DNA of 64,000 bases from an uncultured bacterium (GCA_963552955.1 CAUVLQ010000007.1:1200-65199); one strand, 5' to 3'; shown: positions 24,298 to 36,113, counted from the first letter of the stretch. Made by a program: numbers and translations. The notes: generated from the sequence alone by a model not told the origin.

Positions 24298-25044
24298 TTA
24301 TGCTTTTTTTCACTGATTTGCAACTGCCTGAATAAGTGCTGCAATTTCTTCAGGATCTCCAAGAAAATAGTCTTTAATAAGGTTCATCTCATCATCAAAC
24401 TCAAATACATAGGGCACAGCAGTTGGAAGATTGAATTTAAGGATTTCTTCCTCAGAAAGGTTTTTGAGGATTTTGATTACTCCTCTGAGACTATTTCCAT
24501 GTGCAGCAACGAGAATTTCTCATTCCTGTTTGAGGGTTGGGAGTATTGTCTCCTCTAGATAAGGGAGTGTACGAGCAATACAATCCTTGAGCGATTCAGT
24601 AAGTGGGAGATCGGCTGGATTGATAAGTGCATAGCGAGGATCTAGTAGTGGTGAACGAGGATCCTGTGGATCAAGTGGATCTGTTGCAATATCATAGCTT
24701 CTTCTCCAGAGAAGTACTTGTTCTTCTCAGTATTTTTCCGCTGTTTCGGCTTTATTGAGTCCTTGGAGGGTTCCGTAATGTTTTTCATTGAGTCTTCGGC
24801 TCTTTTCAACTGGGATTCGGTCAAGATCCATTTGATCAAGAACAGTATTTAGTGTTTTTACAGCTCTTTTTAGATATGAGGTGAATGCTTTTTTGAAGAA
24901 GAAACCTTCCTTTTTTAGCGTTTGACCAGCTTTTATTGCTTCTTGCTGTCCTTTTTCAGTGAGGTCAACGTCTGTCCATCCAGTAAATCTATTTTCTTGA
25001 TTTCGGGTGCTTTCTCCGTGGCGGATCAAAACGAGTCTTTTCAT
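24298..25044 (-). CDS. gpmA: 2,3-bisphosphoglycerate-dependent phosphoglycerate mutase
   Basis: [18 protein letters not shown] catalytic His motif. [17 protein letters not shown]. Three in-frame TGA. ATG 25044, TAA 24298-24300. Confidence 0.9.
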
Positions 25045-25180
25045 ACTTTCTATTGTGTTAGTGGCTAAAACTTTGAAAAAGTATAGGAAAAAGCTTTTTG
25101 AGTTCAAGAGTTTATCAAAAAACCCTCTTGCAATTTCTCTTAAAAACCCTAGACTAAGGGCAGTTTATTCAACTATCAAG

Positions 25181-26788
25181 ATGAAAAAAATCTGATTAGA
25201 AGTCGCTCGTCCTTCGCAATCTTCTTCTCGTCGTTTATGGGTACTTCGTTGAATATTTGGAGTGCTGGTTTTTTTTGCATTTGTATTTTTTTCTCTCTAT
25301 GCAAGGTTGACTTGATGGTTCCTTTCTCCCAATAAAATTGATATTTTTAATGATTTGGATCAGATTTCTTTTTATTTTTGGGTCATTGATCCTGAAATCT
25401 CAAGGCAGTTATTGACCTTGGATGATGTGGTAAAGTCCTATCTGAGGGGAGAAAATGTGCTAAAAAGCAAGGAAGAAGAGCTTCTTCAGCTCTGGCAGTA
25501 TGCAAGGTCTCAGAAAACCTATCTTTCCAAGATGGGGTTCTCAAATTATGAGAGAATATTTCAAATGCTTGATGATGCTTGGCCTTTGAGAGAGGAGATT
25601 TTTCAGCTCTTGGGAAGAGATAAAAACTATAACTATCTGATTCCGCTCCAAAATAGTAATGAGGCTCGTCCAAATTGAGGTTTTTTTTGATCTTTTGCTT
25701 TTGTGAGTCTTTCTGGTGGACATATTGAGGATCTGCAAGTAGTGGATTCGTATTTGCCAGACTATATCTCTCCAAACTCTCGCGTGAATTTGCCAGGTTG
25801 GATAGTAGATATTCTCTGATCAAGGGCTGTTTGATTTATTGCTGGAAATAAGTTTGGATTTACAGATAAAGATGGTCAAAATCTGAAGTTATTGTATGAA
25901 AAAATCTTTCATACTGATTTTGACCCAGAGAAAAAAGCCAGACTTTTTAAACCTGATGAGCGAAATAAACTCTTTAAAAAGGATATTAAGGGGGTAGTGT
26001 TTTTGGATTCAGAGCTAATTACTTATTTGTTGCCATCGTTTCGTCAAAAGGCATGGGAGTGGCAGTTTGTAAATGCGAATATTGATCTGATTAGGGGAGC
26101 TGTTTTGAGCAATAAAAAGGATCTGTATATCAAAGATCTTAACTCCTATCTCAAACAGAATGCACTTCGTATGGCTTCAGCAGCGATCAATACTGTGCAG
26201 GAGCTTTTGCATAAGGGATATGTTAATGTGTATCTCTCAAATGTCTCTGCACAGATGTGGGGGTTTTTGCAGGCATATGATTTGACGACAGTATATCAGC
26301 CAGATATGCTCTATCTCTGGAATATCAATACGGCATTTAATAAATCAGATGGTTTTTTGAAAAAGCAGGTCGAGATTCAGGATTTGAATGGCGTGGTAGT
26401 TGCCTCTTCAGATCAAAAGAAGTTTTCTATCAAAAATATTGCCTCTGGGGAATATAAACTTGTGATTACCTATACTTTTGATCTTCCAAAGAGTTATCAG
26501 GATGAGATGTTAGCTTTGCAGGAGAAGTATCATATTAATATGACTGATAGGGAGAGATATATTTTGTCGTTGCAGGATTTTTCTGCCGATCCTAGTATGC
26601 CTCGTCACTGGCGAGAAACAAGGGAGATGATCTATTTTCCTCCAGAGTGGAAGATTTGAGCTATACATGGAGATTTCCGTGAATACGCTAGTTTTAATGC
26701 TGATTTTACTCATGGGGTGACGTATTTGACTGAGATTACTCAAAATCCTCATACTAATAGGGTAGAAATTCAGATTTCTGTTCCTTAA
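25181..26788 (+). CDS. DUF4012-like membrane-anchored protein
   Basis: N-terminal TM helix. Hallmark NEARPN-G-GFF-G-SFAFV (GGFxGS motif, both flanking G are TGA). ORFs 25355-25678 and 25892-26659 lie in the same frame. Confidence 0.6.
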
Positions 26789-26809
26789 TTTATATTTTTT
26801 GTGAGAAAG

Positions 26810-27514
26810 ATGCTTAGATTGATTCAGGGGTATTATCACTTTCTCATGCTGGGAAAGTTTATGGAGCAGCTCATGTTGACCAATGATTTGTCTGATTTGG
26901 CGATGGATTATCCTCTTAGAACTGGGAAAAATACCTCATTTATGCTCAAGGAACGTATGCTCAAGAGGCTCTTTACTTCTTTTTATGGGCATCAGGAGCA
27001 GAGGAATGTTTATGGCTATTTGACTGAGATTAGTGCATTTAGAGGGATTTTCTCAGTAATGAGGGAAATGATCGAAAATGATCCGAATTTTCGTGGATAT
27101 CTCAAGGATTTGCTCAAAGATCAGTATTTCCCATTTGAGCAGTTAATCAGGTTTTTGAGGAATGTACTGAATCATACTACTACCTCAAGTCTTAAGCTTA
27201 AACTTGAAGATTATGAGGTACAGAGGGATTTTATTCTCTCTCCCAAAGTGCAAAGAGTTCAAAAGCTGAATGGTTCAGCAAGGATAACCTTGAATTTTCA
27301 TTATTCAAAATATGTTGCTCAGCGAAAGGGGAGTCCAGAATACTGAATTCAGCTTTCTATTGATTTTAAAAAGTTAAAGCCTAATCTTCAGCTCGAGAAA
27401 TTGGTGAGTCGGCATCAGTTATATTTACTGTCTGAGCTCTGCTTTAATATTGCTCAGCTCGCGGATCAGCACTTTAAGCCTAAAAAACCAAAAACTAGAA
27501 CTAAAAAGTCCTAG
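26810..27514 (+). CDS. hypothetical protein
   Basis: ORF 26801-27346 continues through TGA to TAG 27512-27514. Basic C-terminus KPKKPKTRTKKS. Confidence 0.5.
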
Positions 27515-27540
27515 TTTAGATCAGATTTTTTATATGTTTT

Positions 27541-28248
27541 TTATTTTTCTTCTCGTTGAGCTTGTGTAGAGTCTAGAAGTGGATTGTATACTGAAAAGAG
27601 GAGCGAGATAACATCTTTGGTATTGAGCTGAGTAGTACGAATACCGAGTCCAGCAAGGCCCTCTTGGATGAGGGCGATTCTGGTATTGAGCATTTTTTGT
27701 CCTTTGACAAAGTTTCTGTATCTAGAAACGATAGTTTCTACATCATCTTTTGCATTGAGGGTATCCATGAATTTGCTTCGCCATGGTTTTTTGATTTGGT
27801 CAGTGTCCTGCTCGTTGACATAATAAGGCACAACAACATAAAATTCTTTGACGAAGATGAGCCCTTGTTTCATATTGATATCTTCCAAAAAGCTGAGATA
27901 AGATTGGCCTTGTTGTTTGAGTGCTCAGGGATCTAGCTGTTCAATATTCCTTGAAACATACTGGAGATATTCTCTGAGGTCTAGATAGGTGTTTCTTATT
28001 AGAAATTGTAGAGGAAACTCGAGTCCATTAAGAAATCTCTTGTATTGTTCTAGGATTGTTTGGATTTCATCAAAGTTTTTGAGGTCGAGATTGATACCAT
28101 CAGCTCTAAGAATTGCTCTGATTCCTCCGTCTTTGAGAATGCAGTAACCATCTTTGATTTCAGAAATAGGAAGCATTGTCTCAGTATTAAACTGAGATTC
28201 TTGTTTTCCTTTCTGGATTTGTTTATTTTGAAGGTTATCAAACAGCAT
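27541..28248 (-). CDS. hypothetical protein resembling the N-terminal domain of Gram-positive VirB4/TraE-type conjugation ATPases (no ATPase domain)
   Basis: ORFs 27925-28248 and 27541-27888 join through one TGA. Pattern ISEIKDGYCILKDGGIRAILRADGINLDLKNFDEIQTILEQYKRFLNGLEFPLQFLIR is typical of the VirB4 N-terminal region. No Walker motifs. Confidence 0.4.
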
Positions 28249-28294
28249 ATCTATGCATTAAACAAGAAGTAAAAGTCAGATTTTTTTGTTTTTT

Positions 28295-28822
28295 TTATGG
28301 ACGGGATTGAGTTTGAGAGGTTGGTGAGTCTTTTTGAGCTGGATTTTCATAGATCCAGAATAGTGCTGAGACAATAAGCCATGAGAGTGACATTGAGATG
28401 ATCGCGATTGCGATTCCTTTGAGGGTAGATTTGACTTTGTCTCGTCCCTTTTCTCCATCACCAATGAGCATCATATAGAATCCATACAAAAGTAGCATAA
28501 ATGCAATAAAACTCACAAAAGCTAATGCATAATTGAGAATACTCTTGATGTAGTAAAAAGCCTTTTGAGGACCTTTATATTTATTGTTGATATCAAGCTT
28601 GAGGACTTGCATAATTTTTGTAAGAAGTCCATCATCTTGTTTGACGGCATCGGTTGTGATGAGTGCTCAGTAGTTGGTATCTTGGGTACTCCCTACGATT
28701 CTTTCTGTATTTTCGTAGTAGAAAGGGTTTTGACTATTTGAAAAGTTTGAGTTTCCGAGACACATGCCTGATATTCCTGTTAGTCAAAGGAAGAGAACCA
28801 TTAGTTTCCATCAGCTTTTCAT
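28295..28822 (-). CDS. secreted protein with C-terminal two-helix hairpin (type IV secretion pilin-like, VirB2/TrbC style)
   Basis: Signal peptide MKS-G-WKLMVLFL-G-LTGISG. C-terminal AFVSFIAFMLLLYGFYMML-IGDGEKGRDK-LKGIAIAIISMSLSWLIV. Confidence 0.5.
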
Positions 28823-28850
28823 GTTTTTCTTTTAATAGGTAAAGATACTA

Positions 28851-29351
28851 TTATACATTTTTAGTAATGACTTCAATAATCCAGAAGATGAAGTTGATAA
28901 TCAGCCATGAAACTGCGATTCATCAGATGGCTCTTGCCACTTTGAGAAGAGAAGCTTTCCCAGCTCAAAATTTCTTGTCATCTCCAGCGGCTGTTGCCAT
29001 TTGAAATCCAGCGATGAGTAAGATAATTAACGCGATAAGAGATACTAATCCTAGTGCATAATTAATGAGTCTCTTGATGAGTTTGAATGTCTTTTTTTCT
29101 GCATCTTTTTGTGTCTTGATCTGATCATTGCTATTGATCAGGTTTTTTATCTTGTGATTGTCCGAGTGGATAGCATTGTAGGCTCATTCCCTCAGGGCAT
29201 CCTGATCTCAGATATCTTTAATAATTTCCTTTTGATCAGTAGTTAGGATTTGATTGAGCTTAGTGTCAGTTAGGAGGTTATTAGCAAAAGTGCTTACTGA
29301 GACTGAGCTGAGAAGTAGGAAAATACTGATTTGAAAAAGTCTTTTAAGCAT
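28851..29351 (-). CDS. secreted protein with C-terminal two-helix hairpin (type IV secretion pilin-like), paralog
   Basis: Not in the ORF track. MLKRLFQISIFLLLSSVSVSTFA signal. C-terminal GLVSLIALIILLIAGFQMATAAGDDKKF-G-AGK..IAVSWLIINFIFWII. 501 nt, frame checked. Confidence 0.5.
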
Positions 29352-29812
29352 TATGTTTTGTTTGATAGAATAAACTCACTCTAAGTATAGTCATAATGTG
29401 TTTTTTTGCAAATTTTTGGAGGTTATTTTGTGATTGTTAATGCTTTCTTGTCCTTGCCGTTTTGTGGATATCTCTTCGCTGATGGTCGTAATGATACTTG
29501 GTCATCGCGAAGCGAATGAAATGAGCTGTGATATCTAGTAGAAAGTAGATTTATTTATTGTAATAGGTATCTCTAAAAACTCTTCTCATTTCTATTCTAA
29601 ACGATGAGTCTGTTTTTACAGATAATTCAAAGTGGATGCATAAAGAAGAGAAGGAGTTAGATCTGCTGTTTATATTTATTATAGGAAAGTCTGATTTTCT
29701 TTGATGAAGTCAGTTTTTTCTTTTTTTTCTTCAAAAAAACTAAATCAGACTTGCATTTTTACTCAAAAACTATAAAACGGAGGCGACTTTTATTAGCCCA
29801 TAGATCGGGTAG

Positions 29813-30349
29813 ATGAATTTGGAAAAACTCTTTTGAAGCAAAACCAAGGTCGACATACTCAAATATCTGATTTTTAGGAGACAATGAGTATCTATGAGAG
29901 CATTAGAGACAGATCTCTGATGGACTTTCCCAGCGATTAAAAAACAGGTTGATGTTTTGGAGGAGGCTCAGTTGATTAGTATTCTTAAGGAGTCTACTGG
30001 ATGGTCAATTAGTCTAAGGAGCGAATTTTGATCTCTGCTTAAAGAGTTATTTTTTTTGGCATTAAAACAGCAGTTGATTGATAAGTTCCAACAGCAGGGA
30101 GAACGAATTTTGCAGTATTTTTGGGGAGATAAGTTTGGAAAGCCAATTGGGATGGATATTATCCTGATCTATGATGAGGAGAAAAAATGAAATATTGATG
30201 CCTTGAAAACGGCGATTAGTGAGATATTTAGAGAGTATCGAATAGAGTCAGTCTCGGTTGTATTTATGGGAGCTGATGAGCGAGAGAAGAGGTATAGATT
30301 AGCAGATAGGTTTGTACTTCAGGTAATGAGGCATTATAATACACATTAA
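29813..30349 (+). CDS. winged-helix (ArsR/MarR-like) DNA-binding protein
   Basis: SKTKVDILKYLIFRRQ-G-VSMRALETDL-G-WTFPAIKKQVDVLEEAQLI is an HTH plus wing. Five in-frame TGA. 537 nt to TAA 30347-30349. Confidence 0.55.
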
Positions 30350-30392
30350 AAAAACAAAAAACTTTTTTACATATCACAAGCTTGTATCTAGA

Positions 30393-31109
30393 ATGAATTA
30401 TGAACAGCTACTTGATGAAATTATGGTTAATACGGTTTCTGCACAGGAATTGATTTGATTGCCACAGAGGGATTTGCGTTATGGGGTGTGCCCTGGTGTG
30501 TTAGAATTTCATACTTCGCTTTTTTTGGCGAGTGCATTATTGGCTTTTGATCAGCATAAACCTATTATCTTTTTGGTGCAAGTGGAGGAGCTTCCTCATG
30601 ATGCTATGGTGTATACAGGTCAGATTTGACCTCATTTTGGTAGGGTGTGGAATCAAAATTCTGAAGATTTGTCTGCTGTTCGTAAACTTCAACTAGAGGA
30701 AACTAATCAGAATTTCTATCCTTATTTGGACAAGCTGTTTGCATATTTGGCAGTGATCAATATGCATCAGGAGCACGTAGTAATATTTGTAAAAACAGGA
30801 GCAAAAATCTGCTCTTTATTGGAACATATTAAGCCACTTTTGGAGCAGTGATATTCTCTGATGGTGATGAATGATTGTTATGCTGGTCTTTCTATGGAAT
30901 CTTGTAAGGAGAAGACGGCTCAGTTGATCGCTTCGTGTAAACATCAGTCGATGACTGAGGAACAGCAACATGATTATCCGGCTTTGGCATGTTTGAGTAA
31001 TTTACTAGCGCAGAGGCAAGATAGCCAGGAAATTGAACATTTGATCAATACTGGGGATCTTGGGCTTGATGAGGAGCGTTCGACTTCTCTTTGGTTTATG
31101 ATAGTGTAG
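30393..31109 (+). CDS. hypothetical protein
   Basis: ATG 30393 is in frame with ORFs 30645-30851 and 30861-31109 via TGA. Composition is richer in H/Q/C/A than the neighbouring genes. Confidence 0.45.
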
Positions 31110-31114
31110 TTGGA

Positions 31115-32047
31115 ATGAGGAGTTTTCTCGCGTTATATAAAAGTTCTCGTGCGTTTTTTCTCTTGATGGTAAGTGGATTGCTGATTGCGTTCAGCTTTTT
31201 TCTTTTGTTGAAATTTGAGATGAACTGAGGAAGCTGAGATGAGAATAATACAGATCAGAAGCTAGATTTCTCTGAAACGGATACATTGAGCTGAGGGCAG
31301 TTTTCTTGAGTGTATTTCCCTAGATTTGATGAAGCGAAACTTCAGATTACTCCTGAGATGAAAAAGATGAAATTCAGGATTCCGATTTTGATGTTTCATT
31401 ATATCAAAGATATTCCCTCAAATACTGATGATCAGCTTTGATACAAACTATCGTATGCTCCACAGAAACTTGAGGCGCTTTTTGAGTATTTAGATAAAAA
31501 TAATATAAAAACGCTGACGTTCTGGGATGTGAAGGCGATTTTGGAAGGGAAGATGTTGTTGCCAGAGAGGGCTGTGATACTGACTTTTGATGATGGACAT
31601 CGTGAGCATTATACTACGGTTTTGCCTCTTCTCAAAAAATATAATCTCAAAGCTGTATTTTTTATCATTTCAGGGAAGGCTGATACGGATCCGCTATTTG
31701 TGACTTTGGATGAGATTCGCAAAATAGCAGAACAAGGCTCAGAAATCTGATCACATTCTGTTAATCATTATGCAATTTCTACACTTTCTCTCTCTGGGGT
31801 TCGTCATGAAGTGATTGATTCAAAAAAACAACTTGAGGCTGGGCTTGGATTGCCGATTATTAGTTTTTGCTATCCGATGGGGAGGTATGATGCTCGTGTT
31901 TTGAGAGAGGTAGAGAAAGAGTATCTGTTTGCTCGTAGCACAAAATGAGGTGATCTCTTCCGTTTTGCAAGGAGGTTTGAGATTCCAACGATCCGTGTAT
32001 TCCCAACGACAAAGATTGGAGAATTAGCAAAGTATTGGTGATTATAG
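31115..32047 (+). CDS. polysaccharide deacetylase (NodB homology domain) with N-terminal membrane anchor
   Basis: AVILTFDDGH (motif 1), EI-G-SHSVNH (motif 2, G is TGA), ISFCYPMGRY. TM helix at the N-terminus. Confidence 0.85.
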
Positions 32048-32120
32048 AGGAAAGTTTCAGTTATCTAGGACTATTTAGATTACCTCACCGTGTTTGCAAT
32101 GATGAATTTTGTGGATAAAT

Positions 32121-32154
32121 AAAAAAAGAGTTAGCTTTATGCTGACTCTTTTTC
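32121..32154. terminator. bidirectional rho-independent terminator between convergent genes
   Basis: 11 bp stem aaagagttagc / gctgactcttt flanked by an A-run and a T-run. The TAA stop of the minus-strand gene (32137-32139) lies in the loop. Confidence 0.7.
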
Positions 32155-32541
32155 AATAGTTTCAAGATTGATAAGATCTCACTCCATTTCCAGTTGTTCA
32201 AATTTCTTTTCAATATTTTCTCAGAGGTAAAGCCAAGTATCCATCCCTCAAACTTCATCGAGTTCTAGGACATCCGCTGATTGAATGATTCAGAATTTTT
32301 TATTTTTTCATTGAATTAGATAATTAAGTTTATTATTTTTCCCTAGTACTGCTTTGATAAATCGTCATTTAACATCATACTCTCCTGGATAATCAATGAT
32401 AATGATTTCGGGTTCATTGTATCTCATGGCTTCGCCGAGTTCAGAAGAAAGGTTGATCAATCCTGTATGTGTATAGGTATATCAAAAGAAAAGTTCCTTC
32501 TCGATTTGATATCCTCCATCAATTCTGATTTGTACTCCCAT
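32137..32541 (-). CDS. hypothetical protein (134 aa)
   Basis: ATG 32541. Nine in-frame TGA. 405 nt to TAA, frame checked codon by codon. No family recognised. Confidence 0.45.
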
Positions 32542-32631
32542 AATTTACTAATTGTAAGATAAAAAAGTCTGATTTTTTTGTCGTTTTTACTTACGCTAGT
32601 ATAGGAGTTTGGTCGCTTATTGCAAGGACAA

Positions 32632-33231
32632 CTAAGTAAAAAAGTTTGGATTGATCAGTTTTAGGATAACTCCAGATGCTCCAAGAAGAGCGAGTCCAGT
32701 AGCAACTTTATTGATGAGATCAAGTCCCTTTTTATAGTTTCCTGAGTCGTATCCACTTGAGGTTACCATTACTCCTGCTATGATGATAATAATCAGTGAC
32801 ATAAGCATGATAACCGAGATAATCAGTTTCATTAAACTTTTTACCATTCTAGGAAAGACGTTAATTTGATTGGTTTTCCCTCACTCAAAACCGATGCAGC
32901 TTCCTACAAATGGAAAATTGGTGTTGAGTTTTATTCCATTGCAGATTGGCGCGTTTGGTTTTTTATTAAGTTCTTCTGTTTTTTTCTTACGTTCTTCTTC
33001 TTGTTTCCTGAGTTGGCATTCTAAATCGCAGGTTTTTATTCATGCTGTTTTTGCCTCTACTTTTTGTATACGTTCTCTTCCCGCTGGAGTTATTGGTCCG
33101 CAATTTTCTCCTCTTAACGTACAAGCAGTTGGTGGTAGATTATTTTTGAAATTATTCGCGCTAACGAACGGGATACTTCCTAGTACTCAAAGTGACAATA
33201 ATCAAATAGTCAGGATTTTTGTTTTTTTCAT
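32632..33231 (-). CDS. secreted Cys-rich protein with C-terminal pilin-like two-helix hairpin (third paralog)
   Basis: Signal peptide MKKTKILTI-G-LLSL-G-VLGSIPFVSA. Cys-rich middle region. C-terminal part equals ORF 32632-32847 (LIISVIMLMSLIIIIIAGVMV..GLALLGASGVIL). Confidence 0.5.
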
Positions 33232-33256
33232 CTTATATTTTTAGCTGGATAAAGGA

Positions 33257-33694
33257 TTAGAGCATTGTGTTGATAAGTGCGTTGAGGAGTGCTGGATCTA
33301 ATTCTGTTTTGTGCGTTGCCATAAGCTCTTTTATCAGTAGTCCTCTTTGAGTTTTGAGGTCCGTGATGTTCAGATTTCTAATTGCACTTTCTATAAGGGA
33401 TTTTGTTTGTTCCTCATTAAGAGTTGCTGGTAGATAGTGTTCAAGGACCAGTTTTTTCTCTTTTTCTTCCTGAAGTTCTTCAGGTTTGTTTGCCTTTTCT
33501 AAAAAACTGATTGCCTCATTTAGGGATTTGACCTCCTTTTTGATAATAGAAATGATCTCTTCATCATTAGGATCTCTCTGGAGTTCAATCTTTTTATTCT
33601 TAATCTGTGCGATCAAGTAGTTTAAAGCTGATTTTTTGAGTGTTTCTTTGTTTTTCATTGCTTGGATGTAGTCTTTTTGGATTTTTTCAAACAT
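33257..33694 (-). CDS. GatB/YqeY domain-containing protein
   Basis: MFEKIQKDYIQAMKNK..LKKSALNYLIAQIKNKKIE...LPATLNEEQ...G.LIKELM is the typical YqeY layout. No TGA. Confidence 0.8.
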   Translation of the reverse strand: MFEKIQKDYIQAMKNKETLKKSALNYLIAQIKNKKIELQRDPNDEEIISIIKKEVKSLNEAISFLEKANKPEELQEEKEKKLVLEHYLPATLNEEQTKSLIESAIRNLNITDLKTQRGLLIKELMATHKTELDPALLNALINTML

Positions 33695-33813
33695 GAGTAC
33701 GGTTTTCTATAGGATAAATCATATTTTGTGTTTGCTAGATATACCCAATCCTTTCAAAAATACAAATCTTTCTTGCAATTGATAAGCAAATCGCTATAGT
33801 GGTGATGTTATAT

Positions 33814-33894
33814 GCTGAGGTGATGGAATTGGTATACATGTACGCTTGAGGTGCGTATGCCTTTGGCTTGAGGGTTCGAGTCCCTTCCTCAGCA
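33814..33894 (+). tRNA. tRNA-Leu(GAG), class II
   Basis: Acceptor GCTGAGG/CCTCAGC, anticodon stem TACGC/GCGTA, loop TTGAGGT, long variable arm, T-arm GAGGG-TTCGAGT-CCCTT. CCA not encoded. Confidence 0.85.
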
Positions 33895-33966
33895 TTTTTT
33901 TGTATCTTAATTTTTTTAGGAGAGGAGTCCGGAGGTATCAAGTTTGTTGATATTCTCTAGTTCAAT

Positions 33967-34356
33967 TCAGGTTTTGTATTCTATTTTTTGTTTGGTATTT
34001 TGATGTTTAGATTTTTCTAGGAGGATTGCCATTTTATCATTTTTTGTATAATTAGCCTGATATTTTTGAGTGGTATCAAAAAACTGATTTTGAATAAACT
34101 TTACGATAAAGGCCAATAGATTGAGTTCTGAAATTTTGAAAAAAGCTATTACCGCAAAGAGAAGAAAGATCAAAACTGCAAAAAATATTCCAACAGCTTT
34201 ACTACTTTGTGCGAACTGATTAAATACGACAAAAGCTATGGCAATTCCGATTGCCAAGATAAAAAGCTGAAAGACCGATACCGTAAAAGGTCAGATGTTG
34301 AAGTTCATTCCCGCTAAGATTCCCTTTTGAATATTCTTTGGAAAGACGGCTTTCAT
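33967..34356 (-). CDS. small membrane protein, PrgI/VirB3-like
   Basis: MKAVFPKNIQKGILAGMNFNI-G-PFTVSVFQLFILAIGIAIAFVVF followed by a second TM helix. This layout is typical of the PrgI family. Confidence 0.4.
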
Positions 34357-34490
34357 CTCATTTGTCAGTAAATAAAAGATATTTAATTATAATTTAAACT
34401 CTAAAAAAAGCAAATTTTCTGAGGGAATGTTGCTTTGTTCAATAAAGAAAAAAGACTCTTCTCTGAGATTCAGAAAAGAGTCTGATTTGT

Positions 34491-35276
34491 TTAATGTTTT
34501 TGTATAAGATACTCGATTTCCATTTCTATTACCTCTTTTGTTAGTGCATTCCTTTCTAGTGTTCTAAGTATCCACTCGTAAAGCGAATCACTTGATATGA
34601 GGTTGATAGGGACATCTTCCCAGTCTGGAAGTGCTAGATATAGCTTATTGTTGCTGGATTGCGGGAGGAGTATTCCTCCATAATTGTTATGCTCTCTAAC
34701 CATAATTTCATCAGGTAAATATGATATCTTTTGCAATCCTGGTTCTAGTCTTATGGGAACTGTCTTGTAGAAAAAGAGTTTACGTCCTGAGTCGATTAAC
34801 TTCCAGTAGCAGTTTTGTTTGTGCATGAGTTCACAGAACTTTTGTTGATCGAGGATATCTTTCTTTTTCTCTTCGTAGATAAACTCAATGCTATTTAACT
34901 GTTCTCTTAGAAGTTGCTCTTCTTCTGCTTTTGCAACTTCAAATCTCTTGCTGAGTTGTTTGATTTTTGCAAAAAGTGCATCTCCCTCTTCATATTCTTC
35001 CTTTGTCGTTGGAACATGATTGATTTTACTCTCGAAGTAATCCTTTTTCTGGGTATATTTCATTTCTAGCAGACTAAGATACTGTTTCGAGTTTAGACGA
35101 TACTCTGTAACTAGTGCAATTTTGTTTAACCGTAGTTGGTAGAGTGCTTGCTCAAATTTACTTCGCATTTTCATCATGCTGATTGTTTCGAGCGGTGATT
35201 CTAGAAGTAACATTGCGACTTTTTTGTGAATATCATTTCCCCTCTCTTCTGTTTCCGTTTGTTTTTTTGTTTCCAT
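34491..35276 (-). CDS. hypothetical protein (261 aa)
   Basis: Uninterrupted ORF. Lys/Glu-rich helical N-terminal half. Followed by hairpin agactctt/aagagtct (34453-34483). Confidence 0.55.
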   Translation of the reverse strand: METKKQTETEERGNDIHKKVAMLLLESPLETISMMKMRSKFEQALYQLRLNKIALVTEYRLNSKQYLSLLEMKYTQKKDYFESKINHVPTTKEEYEEGDALFAKIKQLSKRFEVAKAEEEQLLREQLNSIEFIYEEKKKDILDQQKFCELMHKQNCYWKLIDSGRKLFFYKTVPIRLEPGLQKISYLPDEIMVREHNNYGGILLPQSSNNKLYLALPDWEDVPINLISSDSLYEWILRTLERNALTKEVIEMEIEYLIQKH

Positions 35277-35495
35277 GTTTTTCTATTTTTTTATTTTCTC
35301 GTATTTTATAATATTTTTTGAGGAAATGTCAATGTCTTCTTTTTTGAAAAAAGAAAAAAATCAGATTTCTTTCTTTTTTGCCTTTTCTTCTTTTTGCTTG
35401 ATTTTTAATACTGAATTCTTATATACCCATTAGTTAATGGGAAAATGGAGAAAGTTTTTACTTTCTCCATTTGTTTTATTCTTTTATCTTTATAT

Positions 35496-36113
35496 ATGCG
35501 AAAAATTTGCCTTGGAGTCGGTGGAATCTTAGCTATTGTTTTTTTTTCTTCTTTCTTCCCTTTGTTCAAAAAACACCAATCAGACCTTAGAATTTGAAGT
35601 TTTTCTGAATATGCAGTCGAAAATCCTCTTGTTATATTATGGAATAATTATTTTATTGAGCTCGATTCTCCAGTAGTTAAGGTTTCAGATTTTTTTTCTT
35701 TTGAGCTCCCTCGTGAACTAAAAGATGTGAAATTTTCAGATTATGGCGAAAGCTTTTCATTGCGTTTTTTTAGCTTAGATGATCAAAAGGGGATCACACT
35801 CAGAAATGAAATCTGACAGGACTTATCTGTTCTACAGCAGCTTGAAACAGTATGTAAAACGGGAATAATCCCTTGATCTGCTCGTATTGAGCAGGTTTTT
35901 ACAGGGGAAAGAATAATTGATAATAAACTCGTTCCTTATTTTATATTTCTGCAGGATACTATAGATGCAAAGCAGGAACTCATTAAGAAATCTGATCAAA
36001 ATGCTCATTATTATTTCTGTTTTTGGAATGTGAAAGGAGTGCTATATCTCCAATTTGATGGTTATGCGAGTGGAGTAATAGAAAATATTATAGATACGAT
36101 TAGCTTTTTATAG
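35496..36113 (+). CDS. hypothetical secreted/membrane protein
   Basis: N-terminal hydrophobic ICLGVGGILAIVFFSSFF. Three in-frame TGA. 618 nt to TAG 36111-36113. Confidence 0.45.

Noticed and set aside
27541-28248. Calling this gene a VirB4 ATPase
   Set aside because: Only the N-terminal non-catalytic region is resembled. There are no Walker A/B motifs, and the gene ends at a genuine TAA facing a convergent gene.
33735-33941. Track ORF on the minus strand
   Set aside because: It overlaps tRNA-Leu(GAG) almost completely.
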